Position numbers and translations under genes: made by a program
IMG/VR virus record: IMGVR_UViG_3300021403_000003
Span: 49,952 to 113,951 of that record
Source of the DNA: a virus
Taxonomy: Duplodnaviria; Heunggongvirae; Uroviricota; Caudoviricetes
DNA length: 64,000 bases
Direction: 5' to 3' (one strand)
In this document: in pieces, positions 10,437 to 18,784 of the stretch
How positions within the stretch are numbered: position 1 is the stretch's first letter
Layout: every line of letters begins with the position of its first letter
Notes under the pieces: generated by a model
Told to the model about the DNA's origin: nothing
Databases searched by the model: none
The model's input: the letters and a program-made list of their open reading frames with translations, nothing else

Positions 10437-11102
10437 ATGTCAGCATCAGCAAATTCCAAAACAATCGCGATCTCAAATACTGAGACTATCCTTGCCAATG
10501 GCGGACTTGCTGTTGCATCAGGGAGCCTGTCAAATGGTGACTGTTTCAAAGTCACATTAGTCGGCACATTAGGTCAAAATCCCCCATCACAATTGCTGTT
10601 GAACATTCGTATCGGTGCAAATGGTAATGTTGGTGATGCAGCAATTTATTCTTCTAACAATCAGATTTCATCTGCACAGTTGCTAGATGATTTGAACTTC
10701 TGGGGCACTCAGTTCCCAGGTGTTAATGGTAATGAGTATGCATATCCAGCACGTGCAAACAATGCTGTAGTCCCAACACCTGCATATGTCAGTGGGGAAT
10801 TGTTTGTTGTTGTAAACTCCGTTGCTGCCAACGTGGCAAATGTTTCTGTTGTTTCTTCTAATCCTGTAGCAAATCTTGGTGCAAGCAATTGGATCCAGAC
10901 ATTGCCAATGGGTGTGGTGTCATCTGCTAACGTGGCAAGCAATGTCAACAACTTTATTACTGTCAGTCATTCAATGATTGGTCAGCAATCATATGTGTTC
11001 AAGCCAGGATCAGGAAATGCTGGGCCAAGCAAGCAGTTTGTCCTACAGCAAGGAGCAAATGGCACTTCTCAGTTCTTTGTCTCTATTGTTCAAAAGCTAT
11101 AA
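10437..11102 (+). CDS. Hypothetical beta-rich protein (possible virion protein)
   Basis: G/N/S/V-rich; followed by a strong terminator. Confidence 0.35.
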   Translation: MSASANSKTIAISNTETILANGGLAVASGSLSNGDCFKVTLVGTLGQNPPSQLLLNIRIGANGNVGDAAIYSSNNQISSAQLLDDLNFWGTQFPGVNGNEYAYPARANNAVVPTPAYVSGELFVVVNSVAANVANVSVVSSNPVANLGASNWIQTLPMGVVSSANVASNVNNFITVSHSMIGQQSYVFKPGSGNAGPSKQFVLQQGANGTSQFFVSIVQKL

Positions 11103-11126
11103 ATTATTTTGATTGCGGCTTGGCAA

Positions 11127-11159
11127 GGGCTCGGACCAACACGAGCCCTTTTCTTTTTG
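11127..11159 (+). terminator. Rho-independent terminator (GGGCTCG/CGAGCCC stem followed by a T-run)
   Basis: 7-bp GC stem, 8-nt loop, TTTTCTTTTT tail directly after the 10437..11102 gene. Confidence 0.7.
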
Positions 11160-11374
11160 GGAAATCAGACGTAGAATCTGTTCTTCAAAAGGGTCAAAGT
11201 CATCTGGATTCAGTACATCAGCAGGGCTAGGATCAGAATCAACTGTGGATGCCCACCAAAGTGCGCACTGAGTGGCAACCTAGAATCCGGGAGCTGATTG
11301 TAGATGAGGAAAATGATAGAGACAATTGCTGTCAGTGACTTTTCATCTAATCATTGATGGTACACGAAAGCGAG

Positions 11375-11415
11375 AGCCGAATGAAGCGTCCGTGCCCAGT
11401 TCGGCTTTTTCGTTT
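11375..11415 (+). terminator. Hairpin plus T-run (possible terminator or attenuator)
   Basis: AGCCGAA/TTCGGCT stem with 18-nt loop, then TTTTTCGTTTG. Confidence 0.3.
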
Positions 11416-11431
11416 GTCCCTAAATAATCCC

Positions 11432-11965
11432 ATGAAATACATTGACACACTTAAAAATCTACAACGAAAGAAACTCACGAAGGTTTTCTCACTCAAAGAA
11501 CAAGTGCAAGTGGATTGTCCAGGTGGGTTCTTTGTCAAGGCACTCCCAACCACTGAATCAGCTGTTCTTTTGGCTTCCTATTTTCGTGTTTTGGATCCTT
11601 TGCAAATTGATCTTCATGCAACTGTATTATACACAAAGCAAACTGCTGTAGATGTCATCCTACCAAAAATAGACAAACACTCAAGATATTCTGCAATTGG
11701 CAAAGAATTATTGTATTGGGAATCTAATGATGGGAATATTGTTCTTAAGCTTGATTCTCCTGATCTTGTGGCTCTTCACCAACAATTCAAAGATGCTGGC
11801 TTGGTTCCTAGTTTTCCGGAATATATTCCACATGTGACTCTCATACATCCTTGTGAGTACAATCACTACCAACATTTGATGAATGATCTCAGCTCTCGTT
11901 TGTCCTCTGCTCCTCTCTCACTTGAATTTTATTATGGTGGCTATACAATCATGGAAACAACATGA
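11432..11965 (+). CDS. 2H phosphoesterase (LigT / 2',3'-cyclic phosphodiesterase-like)
   Basis: Two H-x-T-x motifs (HATV and HVTL) at the spacing typical of the 2H superfamily; start taken at internal Met downstream of the hairpin. Confidence 0.5.
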   Translation: MKYIDTLKNLQRKKLTKVFSLKEQVQVDCPGGFFVKALPTTESAVLLASYFRVLDPLQIDLHATVLYTKQTAVDVILPKIDKHSRYSAIGKELLYWESNDGNIVLKLDSPDLVALHQQFKDAGLVPSFPEYIPHVTLIHPCEYNHYQHLMNDLSSRLSSAPLSLEFYYGGYTIMETT

Positions 11966-12352
11966 ATGAAAAATGTTATCCAACTTATCGTTGTCGGGGA
12001 ATGTTCCCTTGTGAGATGTTTTGTTTCTGATTCAACATGCACTGAATGCACACAAAGAATGAAGGATGAATCTGACAAAACCAAATCAAATTCTCCTGTG
12101 TCTTCCTCTGATTATTCTCCTTATGATTGGAGTATGTAGTGATTTCCTCCACCAGAGCACTAAATAGATCATGTTACGTAAAACTGTAATATTTAAATTG
12201 AATGTCTTACAAAGGATTCTTGAAGAGATCAATCTTCTTGAACCTGGATATTCGAAATCTCGTGAAATCCTGAATCAACAATTGATATGTAAAAACTGAG
12301 AATATTGATCAAATGATTTTCCTTACTGAATACTATCTGAGAAAATTGAAAG

Positions 12353-12649
12353 ATGAAAGAAATGCAAATACCAAAACAATGGTTGAAAAGAAAGAAAAGG
12401 AGCAGAATAACAACTCTCAATACAAGAAAGCTAATGAATCTTCATGATGCAATAAACAGCAAAGTAAGAGAGTTGAAGATTCCTAATTCTGATTATGATA
12501 AGATGTTAAATCAAATGGGTGAGGCTGAATCAGTTCAAAATGAAATTGATGTTGCTGAACAGATTCTCGAGAAATTGAAGTATCATCAACATTATGGAAC
12601 ACATGATGGAACACATCCTGAGTCTGATAAGAAGCCAGAGCGTAAATGA
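12353..12649 (+). CDS. Hypothetical protein
   Basis: 98-aa ORF, charged. Confidence 0.3.
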   Translation: MKEMQIPKQWLKRKKRSRITTLNTRKLMNLHDAINSKVRELKIPNSDYDKMLNQMGEAESVQNEIDVAEQILEKLKYHQHYGTHDGTHPESDKKPERK

Positions 12650-13242
12650 TCAGGATAACATATCTCTATAGATTGACGAATCTGTCCAATAGGAGAGTGT
12701 TTTATGGAATTCATTCTACGACTGATATTTCTTTTGCGAATCCTCCTGTTCGATTGTCTGATCTTTGTCGTACTGCACCAATGAGATCTGCTGATGGTGT
12801 TTCTGTTAGATATGACACACTCCCTGAATTTACGAACAAATTCCTTGCACACGACCTCAAGTCCATCGGATTACATAATTTCATAATTGAATCAATCTAT
12901 GCATCTGCATTGAAATCTGATGTTGATCGTGTCTTCAATCAACATGTGAACAAAGAGTTCTTGAAATCTCCTCTGGCATACAATGGGATGATTGCAAAGC
13001 CTCACAGGTGTACAAGTGAAGACAATCCTATGAAGACAGAGTCTGCAAGGGCAAAGATGTCAAAGATCCTTAAGAGTAAAGTGATTGTTCGTGATTCGAA
13101 AGGTAGGATTAAGCGAATAGAGCCTGTGGGATACTGTAAGGAATGTAAATTGGTTGATGCTCACAAGCTTTCTTGTTCATTCTACGGTATGAGACCTTTA
13201 GAAATACTAAATAATACCTGTTCTGTATCAATCTCTCAGTAA
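12646..13242 (+). CDS. GIY-YIG family endonuclease (seg-like homing endonuclease)
   Basis: N-terminal ITYLYRLTNLSNRRVFYGIHST matches the GIY...YIG motif and spacing of I-TevI/seg proteins; basic C-terminal region. Confidence 0.6.
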   Translation: MIRITYLYRLTNLSNRRVFYGIHSTTDISFANPPVRLSDLCRTAPMRSADGVSVRYDTLPEFTNKFLAHDLKSIGLHNFIIESIYASALKSDVDRVFNQHVNKEFLKSPLAYNGMIAKPHRCTSEDNPMKTESARAKMSKILKSKVIVRDSKGRIKRIEPVGYCKECKLVDAHKLSCSFYGMRPLEILNNTCSVSISQ

Positions 13243-13490
13243 GTCTGGCATTTGGTCCTGCGTTGTTAGAGATTGATTCTGAAGGATAAATTCCTGTTGA
13301 CGATGCACAGAACATTGAGTGATACAGTTGCTTGTATCTCACTCAATTAATCAGATGATTGACAAGCTATTGATGTGATCTGAGAATATAGAGTGTCCCT
13401 TCGGGGAGTGCACCAAAAAGAGGATGATCACTGATACAAGTTTGTTTCAAACATCGCCAATCAAGCACGCTCAAGGTGTCCTTGATTTTG

Positions 13491-13512
13491 GGACAGATCT
13501 TGCAGACCGGTT
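13491..13512. repeat. 22-bp repeat GACAGATCTTGCAGACCGGTTT (copy 1 of 2)
   Basis: Near-identical copy at 14078..14099 (GACAGATCTTACAGACCGGTTC); contains AgeI and BglII sites. Confidence 0.6.
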
Positions 13513-13515
13513 TCT

Positions 13516-13692
13516 ACCAAAGGGCAGATGGGACTAACATCCTTTCTGCGTACTTGGCATGAAGTTCATCCTTTAGCACCTGGAGAAGGACAACATCATT
13601 CAGCTTGTCTTGTGTGTTAGTTGGATTGTGTTCTTCAACACGACGAATATCAGCGAGGATCTGTTTGACTTTGCGTGACATGATTTTCTCCT
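13516..13692 (-). CDS. Small hypothetical protein (58 aa, below the ORF-track cut-off)
   Basis: Translated by eye: MSRKVKQILADIRRVEEHNPTNTQDKLNDVVLLQVLKDELHAKYAERMLVPSALW, with GGAG SD; lies downstream of 13691..13957 in the same leftward unit. Confidence 0.3.
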
Positions 13693-13957
13693 ACATCTCA
13701 AGTTGATTCTTGAACCATTCAAGGATTGCTTCGTTCTGAGTCCGATCGGCTTCCGAAACGATGTTCACCAGAGCATAAGCCAGTTGGTCATTGCCACCTT
13801 TTCTGGTGACCTGAAGATCATCATCTGTTGTTGAAGCGAGATCACACAAACCATCAACTGTCATGTCTGCGTTGGCTTTGTTCCACAAGTCAATGAGATC
13901 AGGCTCAGACAATTTGTGGATTTTCCAGCTCAGATGATTCGGGTTGATGTTCGTCAT
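13691..13957 (-). CDS. Hypothetical acidic protein, first gene of a leftward early unit
   Basis: AAGGAG SD; directly downstream of leftward promoter P1. Confidence 0.45.
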   Translation of the reverse strand: MTNINPNHLSWKIHKLSEPDLIDLWNKANADMTVDGLCDLASTTDDDLQVTRKGGNDQLAYALVNIVSEADRTQNEAILEWFKNQLEM

Positions 13958-13980
13958 TGAATTCTCCTTCAGTGAAGATA

Positions 13981-14009
13981 AGTATACTGTAAGAATTCGA
14001 GAAGTAAAG
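13981..14009 (-). promoter_or_regulatory. Early promoter P1 (CTTTAC-N17-TATACT on minus strand)
   Basis: Member of the identical 28-bp core repeat CTTTACTTCTCGAATTCTTACAGTATAC; sits about 20 nt upstream of the minus-strand gene start. Confidence 0.6.
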
Positions 14010-14077
14010 TGGTTTCAATAAATATTATCATCCGCTTCCCTCAGCGTTCCACGGACCATCCTTCTTCAGGACCTCAG

Positions 14078-14099
14078 TGACAGATCTTACAGACCGGTT
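14078..14099. repeat. 22-bp repeat GACAGATCTTACAGACCGGTTC (copy 2 of 2)
   Basis: Both copies lie 3' of leftward early transcription units. Confidence 0.6.
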
Positions 14100-14256
14100 C
14101 AGAGTTCAGGACATTTGTGAGGAAGTCTAGTGTCGTACAACTCACCACAACCTGAACACTCATCAAGAGCCTCTCGGTCCTCTTTGAGCTTCTTAGTTTC
14201 CTTGGCCTTCTGAGCCAACCAGTCTTTGCGACGTTGATCTTGATTCTTCGCGGCAA

Positions 14257-14436
14257 TCATGATTTGTCAATCATCAGACGTAACAGAGCGATCTTCTTAT
14301 AAATCTCCTTCACCAGCTTCAATTCATCTTCAATGAGACAACCTGCAGGATTGCCAATCATGTTCCTGGCAGTCCGTTCGAGCTCACCAGTCCAATAGAT
14401 GGCTTCATTTTTCGAAGCCTTTGATCGCTTGGCCAT
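14257..14436 (-). CDS. Small hypothetical protein (start revised to MAKRSK..., with GGAGA SD)
   Basis: The track ORF 14257..14466 begins inside the promoter; the internal Met at 14436 has GGAGA 6 nt upstream and lies downstream of the predicted transcription start. Confidence 0.4.
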   Translation of the reverse strand: MAKRSKASKNEAIYWTGELERTARNMIGNPAGCLIEDELKLVKEIYKKIALLRLMIDKS

Positions 14437-14465
14437 GTTTGTCTCCGTTCGTTTAGTGTGAATCA

Positions 14466-14494
14466 ATTATAATGTAAGAATTCGAGAAGTAAAG
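14466..14494 (-). promoter_or_regulatory. Early promoter P2 (CTTTAC-N17-TATAAT on minus strand)
   Basis: Same core repeat as P1, with a consensus TATAAT -10 hexamer. Confidence 0.6.
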
Positions 14495-14572
14495 CGTTAA
14501 ATTTCACTCCGAGTCAATGATATCCGACACCATCACCTGGTGGGGAGTCCAGGTTTTGATGAATCATCAATT

Positions 14573-14592
14573 TTGATTCAAGCTTGAATCAA
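14573..14592. promoter_or_regulatory. Perfect 20-bp palindrome TTGATTCAAGCTTGAATCAA between promoters P2 and P3 (candidate operator)
   Basis: Exact self-complementarity; abuts the -35 of P3; an adjacent TGATGA-A-TCATCA inverted repeat lies at 14556..14568. Confidence 0.5.
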
Positions 14593-14599
14593 TAAAAGA

Positions 14600-14628
14600 C
14601 TTTACTTCTCGAATTCTTACAGTATACT
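14600..14628 (+). promoter_or_regulatory. Early promoter P3 (CTTTAC-N17-TATACT)
   Basis: Identical 28-bp core; predicted transcription start about 14635. Confidence 0.6.
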
Positions 14629-14655
14629 CGTTTCTACTGAATGAAGGAGACTCTA

Positions 14656-15456
14656 GTGGACAAAGCAACTCACCGTGGTAACTGTCAGGTTTGTGGACAC
14701 CAGCAACATGTGATGAATGTAGTTCTGGCCAAGCATGGCTACACGGTAGAGTTTGGATACTTTCGAGGCACTTGTTCTGGGAGTGGCAAGAAGCCAATCC
14801 AACAGGACAGAACAATCACTGATGCCACCATTGTTGCAATGCATGAGTATGCAGCTGGTTGCGACAAGGATGCCGAAGATCTTCGATCTGGTAAGACTCT
14901 CCCTACAAAAATCAAGACTGGTCAGAAACTTTTGGCTGGTAAGTATCAACCTGTCTACATTCCCTTCTCTGAAGGCTCTCCTGAGCAACAGACCAAGGCT
15001 GTGGAGTTGTTCATTGCAATGGCTGAAAGTGGTGCTCGCCATGCTCGGGCTCATGCAAGTGACCTGAAGAAACTGGCTGATAGACTCCATGGCACTGAAC
15101 TGGTGTTGATCGTTGAACCAGTCAAGACCGAAAAGCCTGTGACGACTGTTGATGTGAAGACTGCCAAGGTGACTGGCACATTTGCCACCAAGACAGCTCG
15201 CCAGGCTGAACTTGACAAGGTTGCACGTGAGTATCAAAGAATCGAGAAGGCTTTGCATCAACTGACTCTGGATGTTCCCAATGATCAACGGACCAAAGAA
15301 CAGACGGATGTCTACTATGCAATCCCGATGTACCTGCACCAGTGGAAGGCCAAGCACAGTGCGATGGTGTTGAAAGTGTTCCCTCAGGCCCAGGAGATAG
15401 TGACTGAGATTGAACAGCTGGTGAAAGTTCGCGAAGCGATCAGATCTGCACCTTGA
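14656..15456 (+). CDS. Hypothetical protein (start taken at GTG after AAGGAG SD; track ATG at 14641 is too close to the transcription start)
   Basis: 266-aa ORF with a CxxC motif near the N-terminus; the minus-strand ORF 14653..15357 is judged a shadow. Confidence 0.45.
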   Translation: MDKATHRGNCQVCGHQQHVMNVVLAKHGYTVEFGYFRGTCSGSGKKPIQQDRTITDATIVAMHEYAAGCDKDAEDLRSGKTLPTKIKTGQKLLAGKYQPVYIPFSEGSPEQQTKAVELFIAMAESGARHARAHASDLKKLADRLHGTELVLIVEPVKTEKPVTTVDVKTAKVTGTFATKTARQAELDKVAREYQRIEKALHQLTLDVPNDQRTKEQTDVYYAIPMYLHQWKAKHSAMVLKVFPQAQEIVTEIEQLVKVREAIRSAP

Positions 15457-15469
15457 AGGAGAGGATGAA

Positions 15470-15679
15470 ATGATTCTGTTTGAGAAGGATGATCAAGAGT
15501 TTCATGAACAAGAATGTGTGCAATTGGGAGAACGTTTGTTTGGGATTGGTCCCACTTATGCAACACTCCTAGATTTTCAGGCAGGAAAGGTTTTGATTTT
15601 ATTGTTTGATGAATTCAGAGAGCCTGGGACAAGTGGAGTGTTGGAAGTTTCACCTGAGGAAGTCTTCAAGCAATATTAA
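15470..15679 (+). CDS. Hypothetical acidic protein
   Basis: GGAG SD upstream; 69 aa. Confidence 0.3.
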   Translation: MILFEKDDQEFHEQECVQLGERLFGIGPTYATLLDFQAGKVLILLFDEFREPGTSGVLEVSPEEVFKQY

Positions 15680-15682
15680 AAG

Positions 15683-15711
15683 CTTTACTTCTCGAATTCT
15701 TACAGTATACT
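15683..15711 (+). promoter_or_regulatory. Early promoter P4 (CTTTAC-N17-TATACT)
   Basis: Identical 28-bp core. Confidence 0.6.
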
Positions 15712-15764
15712 TGTCTTCATTACTGAAGGAAAAGGCTTGTGAAAGAACTTAACGTGGTGATTTG

Positions 15765-15872
15765 GTGAAGGTCAATTGGAGCAATGGTGCTGGATATTCT
15801 GTTTATCAGGTAACTGATGATCCAGGCACTGGTTCTCACGTTTTCGAACTGGTTGAAGAAGTGGAAGGCTAA
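15765..15872 (+). CDS. Small hypothetical protein (~35 aa, GTG/TTG start), not in the ORF track
   Basis: Reads VKVNWSNGAGYSVYQVTDDPGTGSHVFELVEEVEG; stop TAA overlaps the next start (TAACATG). Confidence 0.25.
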   Translation: MKVNWSNGAGYSVYQVTDDPGTGSHVFELVEEVEG

Positions 15873-15873
15873 C

Positions 15874-16086
15874 ATGATCACCTCACCCAAGGTTTTGATA
15901 CTGACCCTGAGCCAGCAGTACACTACTGGCAAGCTTGATCAGGCATTAGCAACCTTGTTGCTGTACTGGAAAGCTCGTGTGGAAGGTGCAGATGAAGTTA
16001 TGATTGGCAAAGTCTCCAGTGATGAAGTGGCCAAGGGCTATGGTGAGAGAATCGCTGAGTCCATCAAAGCAAAATTGAGAGTGTAA
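15874..16086 (+). CDS. Hypothetical protein (start revised to MITSPK... with GGAAGG SD)
   Basis: Internal Met of track ORF 15817..16086, preceded by SD at 5-nt spacing. Confidence 0.35.
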   Translation: MITSPKVLILTLSQQYTTGKLDQALATLLLYWKARVEGADEVMIGKVSSDEVAKGYGERIAESIKAKLRV

Positions 16087-16096
16087 GGAGATCAAC

Positions 16097-16303
16097 ATGA
16101 TTCGCAAGACCATCATTCATGATAATGAGACCACTCTAGAACAGTGGACTCAGATGGCCAATGAGTTCGGGTTCAAGGTTGAATTTGATGTGTCACTCAA
16201 CACATGGTTCGCAGATTCAGATGAGATCATGGGAACATTCTGTCTTGATGAAGATTGCACCACTCGTGCCTGGATGGATACAATAGTTGAAGAAGTTGCC
16301 TGA
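16097..16303 (+). CDS. Hypothetical acidic protein
   Basis: GGAG SD; 68 aa. Confidence 0.35.
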   Translation: MIRKTIIHDNETTLEQWTQMANEFGFKVEFDVSLNTWFADSDEIMGTFCLDEDCTTRAWMDTIVEEVA

Positions 16304-16460
16304 GGACTTTACTTCTCAGGAGCAATCAGCGATACTTCTTTGTAAGAATTAGGCAGGTTGATCAGTAGGTCGAAGATCAATCTCGAGAGTGAACAGGAGG
16401 GACCTCAATATGTGCCAACTGTTCAGCCATACTTCTCTGATGTGATTTGGACTAAAAGAC

Positions 16461-16772
16461 ATGATCAATGACAAATTTTATCAACACATGACTGCAGCTC
16501 AACGAGATGTGATTGATACATGTATTGCTGAGGTTGAGAGGAATCTCATTGATGCTGTGGCAAAGGCTCGTGCAGCTCACAATGCTCTCACCAAGTTACC
16601 AACACTTAATGAGGAAGGATTGCCTGTTCTGCATGGTTGCAATGTGAGAATGTCCAATCTCGTGGACCACTACATGACCATTGCTCGGGCTTGCTGGTCA
16701 AGACTGTCAATGATCAACCAACCCAAGGCAGATGAGATTTGGCTTGCCAACACTGATCTTTGGAAGTTCTGA
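16461..16772 (+). CDS. Hypothetical protein
   Basis: 103-aa ORF. Confidence 0.35.
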   Translation: MINDKFYQHMTAAQRDVIDTCIAEVERNLIDAVAKARAAHNALTKLPTLNEEGLPVLHGCNVRMSNLVDHYMTIARACWSRLSMINQPKADEIWLANTDLWKF

Positions 16773-16808
16773 TGAATGTAATCAAGCACTGGGTCAAGGA
16801 CCAAAGAC

Positions 16809-17072
16809 ATGACAACACCTAAAACACAACACATCTCATTTGGGTATGCAGGTCAAGACAAAAGAGTTCAAACTTCAAAACCTGGACTTGAGACCCTTAG
16901 ATCATTGATCGAGAAACATCCAGAATGGGCTGACTTGCCCATAGGTGTGCTCAAATCAAATGGTGAGGTTGACTATGTAGACTGGTCAGGATCAGTGTTT
17001 GTGAGTGATCCAGACATTGACCACACAGATGTTACAGGATCAAAAACGGTATTGTTGTTCTCAGGAAATTGA
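16809..17072 (+). CDS. Hypothetical protein
   Basis: 87-aa ORF. Confidence 0.35.
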   Translation: MTTPKTQHISFGYAGQDKRVQTSKPGLETLRSLIEKHPEWADLPIGVLKSNGEVDYVDWSGSVFVSDPDIDHTDVTGSKTVLLFSGN

Positions 17073-17151
17073 AACTGTTCCTTGAACTCTTACAAATCTT
17101 TCGAGTTACAATGTTTTCGTTGATTGAATCAAAACAAACTGGAGGTATCAA

Positions 17152-17589
17152 ATGTCTTCTGTATCAAGTCTTCCCCATACACTTTGCAATGATCGTGTTT
17201 CCAAGCCCCTCAGCAACAAGGCTCGTGTAGAGCAGCTGGAAGGTGAACTGGTTCGCACTCGCCACACTCTTCATTCCACAGAAACTCGTCTGGCCTATGT
17301 ATCACGAGATCTGGAGTCACTGAAGTTGACCTTGGCTTCTGTTCGTGCAGAACGTCGAGAAGTTGACAATGCATACCGTGAGCGTCACAATGCAGATGCT
17401 CAGACAATTCGTGAGTTGCACACTAAGATCGACAGTCTGAACACTCAGCTTGTCAGTCTCAGCAGTGTCCTCAATGCTGCCAAGACTCTTGTTGCTGGTG
17501 CATTGCCACAATCTCAGACTCCTGTGGATGGATCATTTCCAAAGTCTCAGACCATGGGAGACCTCCTGACCACCTTCCTGCGTCGTTAA
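17152..17589 (+). CDS. Coiled-coil protein
   Basis: GGAGG SD; heptad-like R/E/L-rich sequence. Confidence 0.4.
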   Translation: MSSVSSLPHTLCNDRVSKPLSNKARVEQLEGELVRTRHTLHSTETRLAYVSRDLESLKLTLASVRAERREVDNAYRERHNADAQTIRELHTKIDSLNTQLVSLSSVLNAAKTLVAGALPQSQTPVDGSFPKSQTMGDLLTTFLRR

Positions 17590-17603
17590 ACCAGACCTCC
17601 AGT

Positions 17604-17655
17604 GGGATGGACAGTGGGTAAGAAGTGATAGGGATTTTGCACCACTGTCCATCCC
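17604..17655 (+). other. Perfect 14-bp inverted repeat (GGGATGGACAGTGG ... CCACTGTCCATCCC) with 24-nt loop
   Basis: Exact complementarity directly after the stop of 17152..17589; no T-run follows. Confidence 0.5.
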
Positions 17656-17675
17656 GGCTTGATAGGAGTTAGGTC

Positions 17676-18011
17676 ATGCTTGTCTTTATGAAATGTGCCA
17701 ATTGTGATCGTGGTTTCAATGGCAAAGAAATTTGCACTGTTTGTAATGGTCGGTGTGGCAAGGACATCATGGTTGGTGATTGGTGCTGGTACAGGGTTGG
17801 AGTCAAACCACGTCTCAGACTACATTGCATCAAACACACTGATGGGATGATCACCTGGACCATCAAATGGAGGTGGGGTTTCAATGAGTATCAAACCTGG
17901 TCATATGAAGATTTGAAAAAGACTTTGTATGAGGCCAGACAACAGATGATGCATGAGTTTCATGTCAAATTTATGTTTGAACCAGATGGATACAAAGCCA
18001 GTCATTTCTGA
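17676..18011 (+). CDS. Cys-rich Zn-binding protein
   Basis: CANCDRGFNGKEICTVCNGRCG cysteine cluster. Confidence 0.4.
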   Translation: MLVFMKCANCDRGFNGKEICTVCNGRCGKDIMVGDWCWYRVGVKPRLRLHCIKHTDGMITWTIKWRWGFNEYQTWSYEDLKKTLYEARQQMMHEFHVKFMFEPDGYKASHF

Positions 18012-18091
18012 GATTCCAGAATATGTGAGGAAGCAATTCCATCAAGGAGTGTTTCTCACATATTGGATCTGGATGATGAGAGCAGTTCATC

Positions 18092-18277
18092 GTGAAAAGC
18101 GATTCATTAACCCATTCTGACATCACCAATCAAGAACTGTATGATGCTGTGTATTCAGCCACCAATACAGTTTTGACAACTGATGAACCACATAGACTGA
18201 CAATTGATAAAACTGCATTAGCAAATCTTGTCAGTCAAGCATTGAGGGCTGCAAAGCAATCCAATGAAAAAGGGTAG
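18092..18277 (+). CDS. Hypothetical protein
   Basis: 61-aa ORF. Confidence 0.3.
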   Translation: MKSDSLTHSDITNQELYDAVYSATNTVLTTDEPHRLTIDKTALANLVSQALRAAKQSNEKG

Positions 18278-18423
18278 CATCAAAGCATCAGGTAGGAAGC
18301 CATGGATACATATGGGCTTCATTCTTAAAGCCTATGAGGCCAATTATGTGTTTCGTAGACGTTGTTGGCAACTCAAGAAGGATGGCATACTTATAAGTCA
18401 TTAATCTGTTTGGAAATTTAGAC

Positions 18424-18452
18424 CTTTACTTGCTTGACTTTATCAGTATGAT
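18424..18452 (+). promoter_or_regulatory. Early promoter P5 (CTTTAC-N17-TATGAT)
   Basis: Same architecture as P1-P4 with a different spacer; followed by GGAGACTAGC ATG of 18487. Confidence 0.5.
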
Positions 18453-18486
18453 TCGTTCTTAAGAAATCAACTGATCGGAGACTAGC

Positions 18487-18753
18487 ATGGTTATCTATAG
18501 CACGAAACAGTTCCTCTGGCTCAAGGATGAGAAAGAATTTGTTGCTGATGCCAGTGACTTGTACGTGGATAAGGATGGTCGCAAGGTGTCAGGGACTGGC
18601 GACTTTCAGATCCAGTCACACAAGACGAACAAGCTCATCACTGTTCATTTGGTCCATGTTGCAGTTGATGAAGAAGGAGATGTGAAGTTCTGGCACTTCC
18701 ATGTCACAACTGATGGTTTCACTGACATCCAGGTGAAAGTGTTCAACGACTGA
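18487..18753 (+). CDS. Hypothetical protein
   Basis: GGAGACTA SD; 88 aa. Confidence 0.4.
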   Translation: MVIYSTKQFLWLKDEKEFVADASDLYVDKDGRKVSGTGDFQIQSHKTNKLITVHLVHVAVDEEGDVKFWHFHVTTDGFTDIQVKVFND

Positions 18754-18784
18754 TCCAAGAGTCTGCGACTCTCGAGACAAACAA

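Noticed and set aside
11160-11340. Possible structured ncRNA between the terminator at 11127 and the gene at 11432 (CTAGG...CCTAG, GTGCGCAC palindrome)
   Set aside because: Only short imperfect pairings with no covariation evidence available. Kept out of the feature list.
14653-15357. Long minus-strand ORF (234 aa) antisense to 14641..15456
   Set aside because: The plus-strand gene is served by promoter P3 and an AAGGAG SD. The antisense ORF has no start context and runs against the local operon direction; judged a shadow ORF. The same reasoning applies to antisense ORFs inside structural genes (e.g. 35669..36034, 44239..44736, 47103..47540, 56039..56566, 59222..59629).
13981-15711. Could the repeated 28-bp elements be a CRISPR array or MITE?
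   Set aside because: The copies are in opposite orientations, irregularly spaced (about 490, 130 and 1080 bp) and each precisely precedes a gene start with -35/-10 geometry. Promoter duplication explains them better. No regularly spaced repeat-spacer array exists anywhere in the window.
16305-16362. Fifth copy of the promoter repeat
   Set aside because: Only the CTTTACTTCTC half and an inverted GTAAGAATT fragment are present, with no -10 hexamer at the right spacing. Likely a degenerate remnant.
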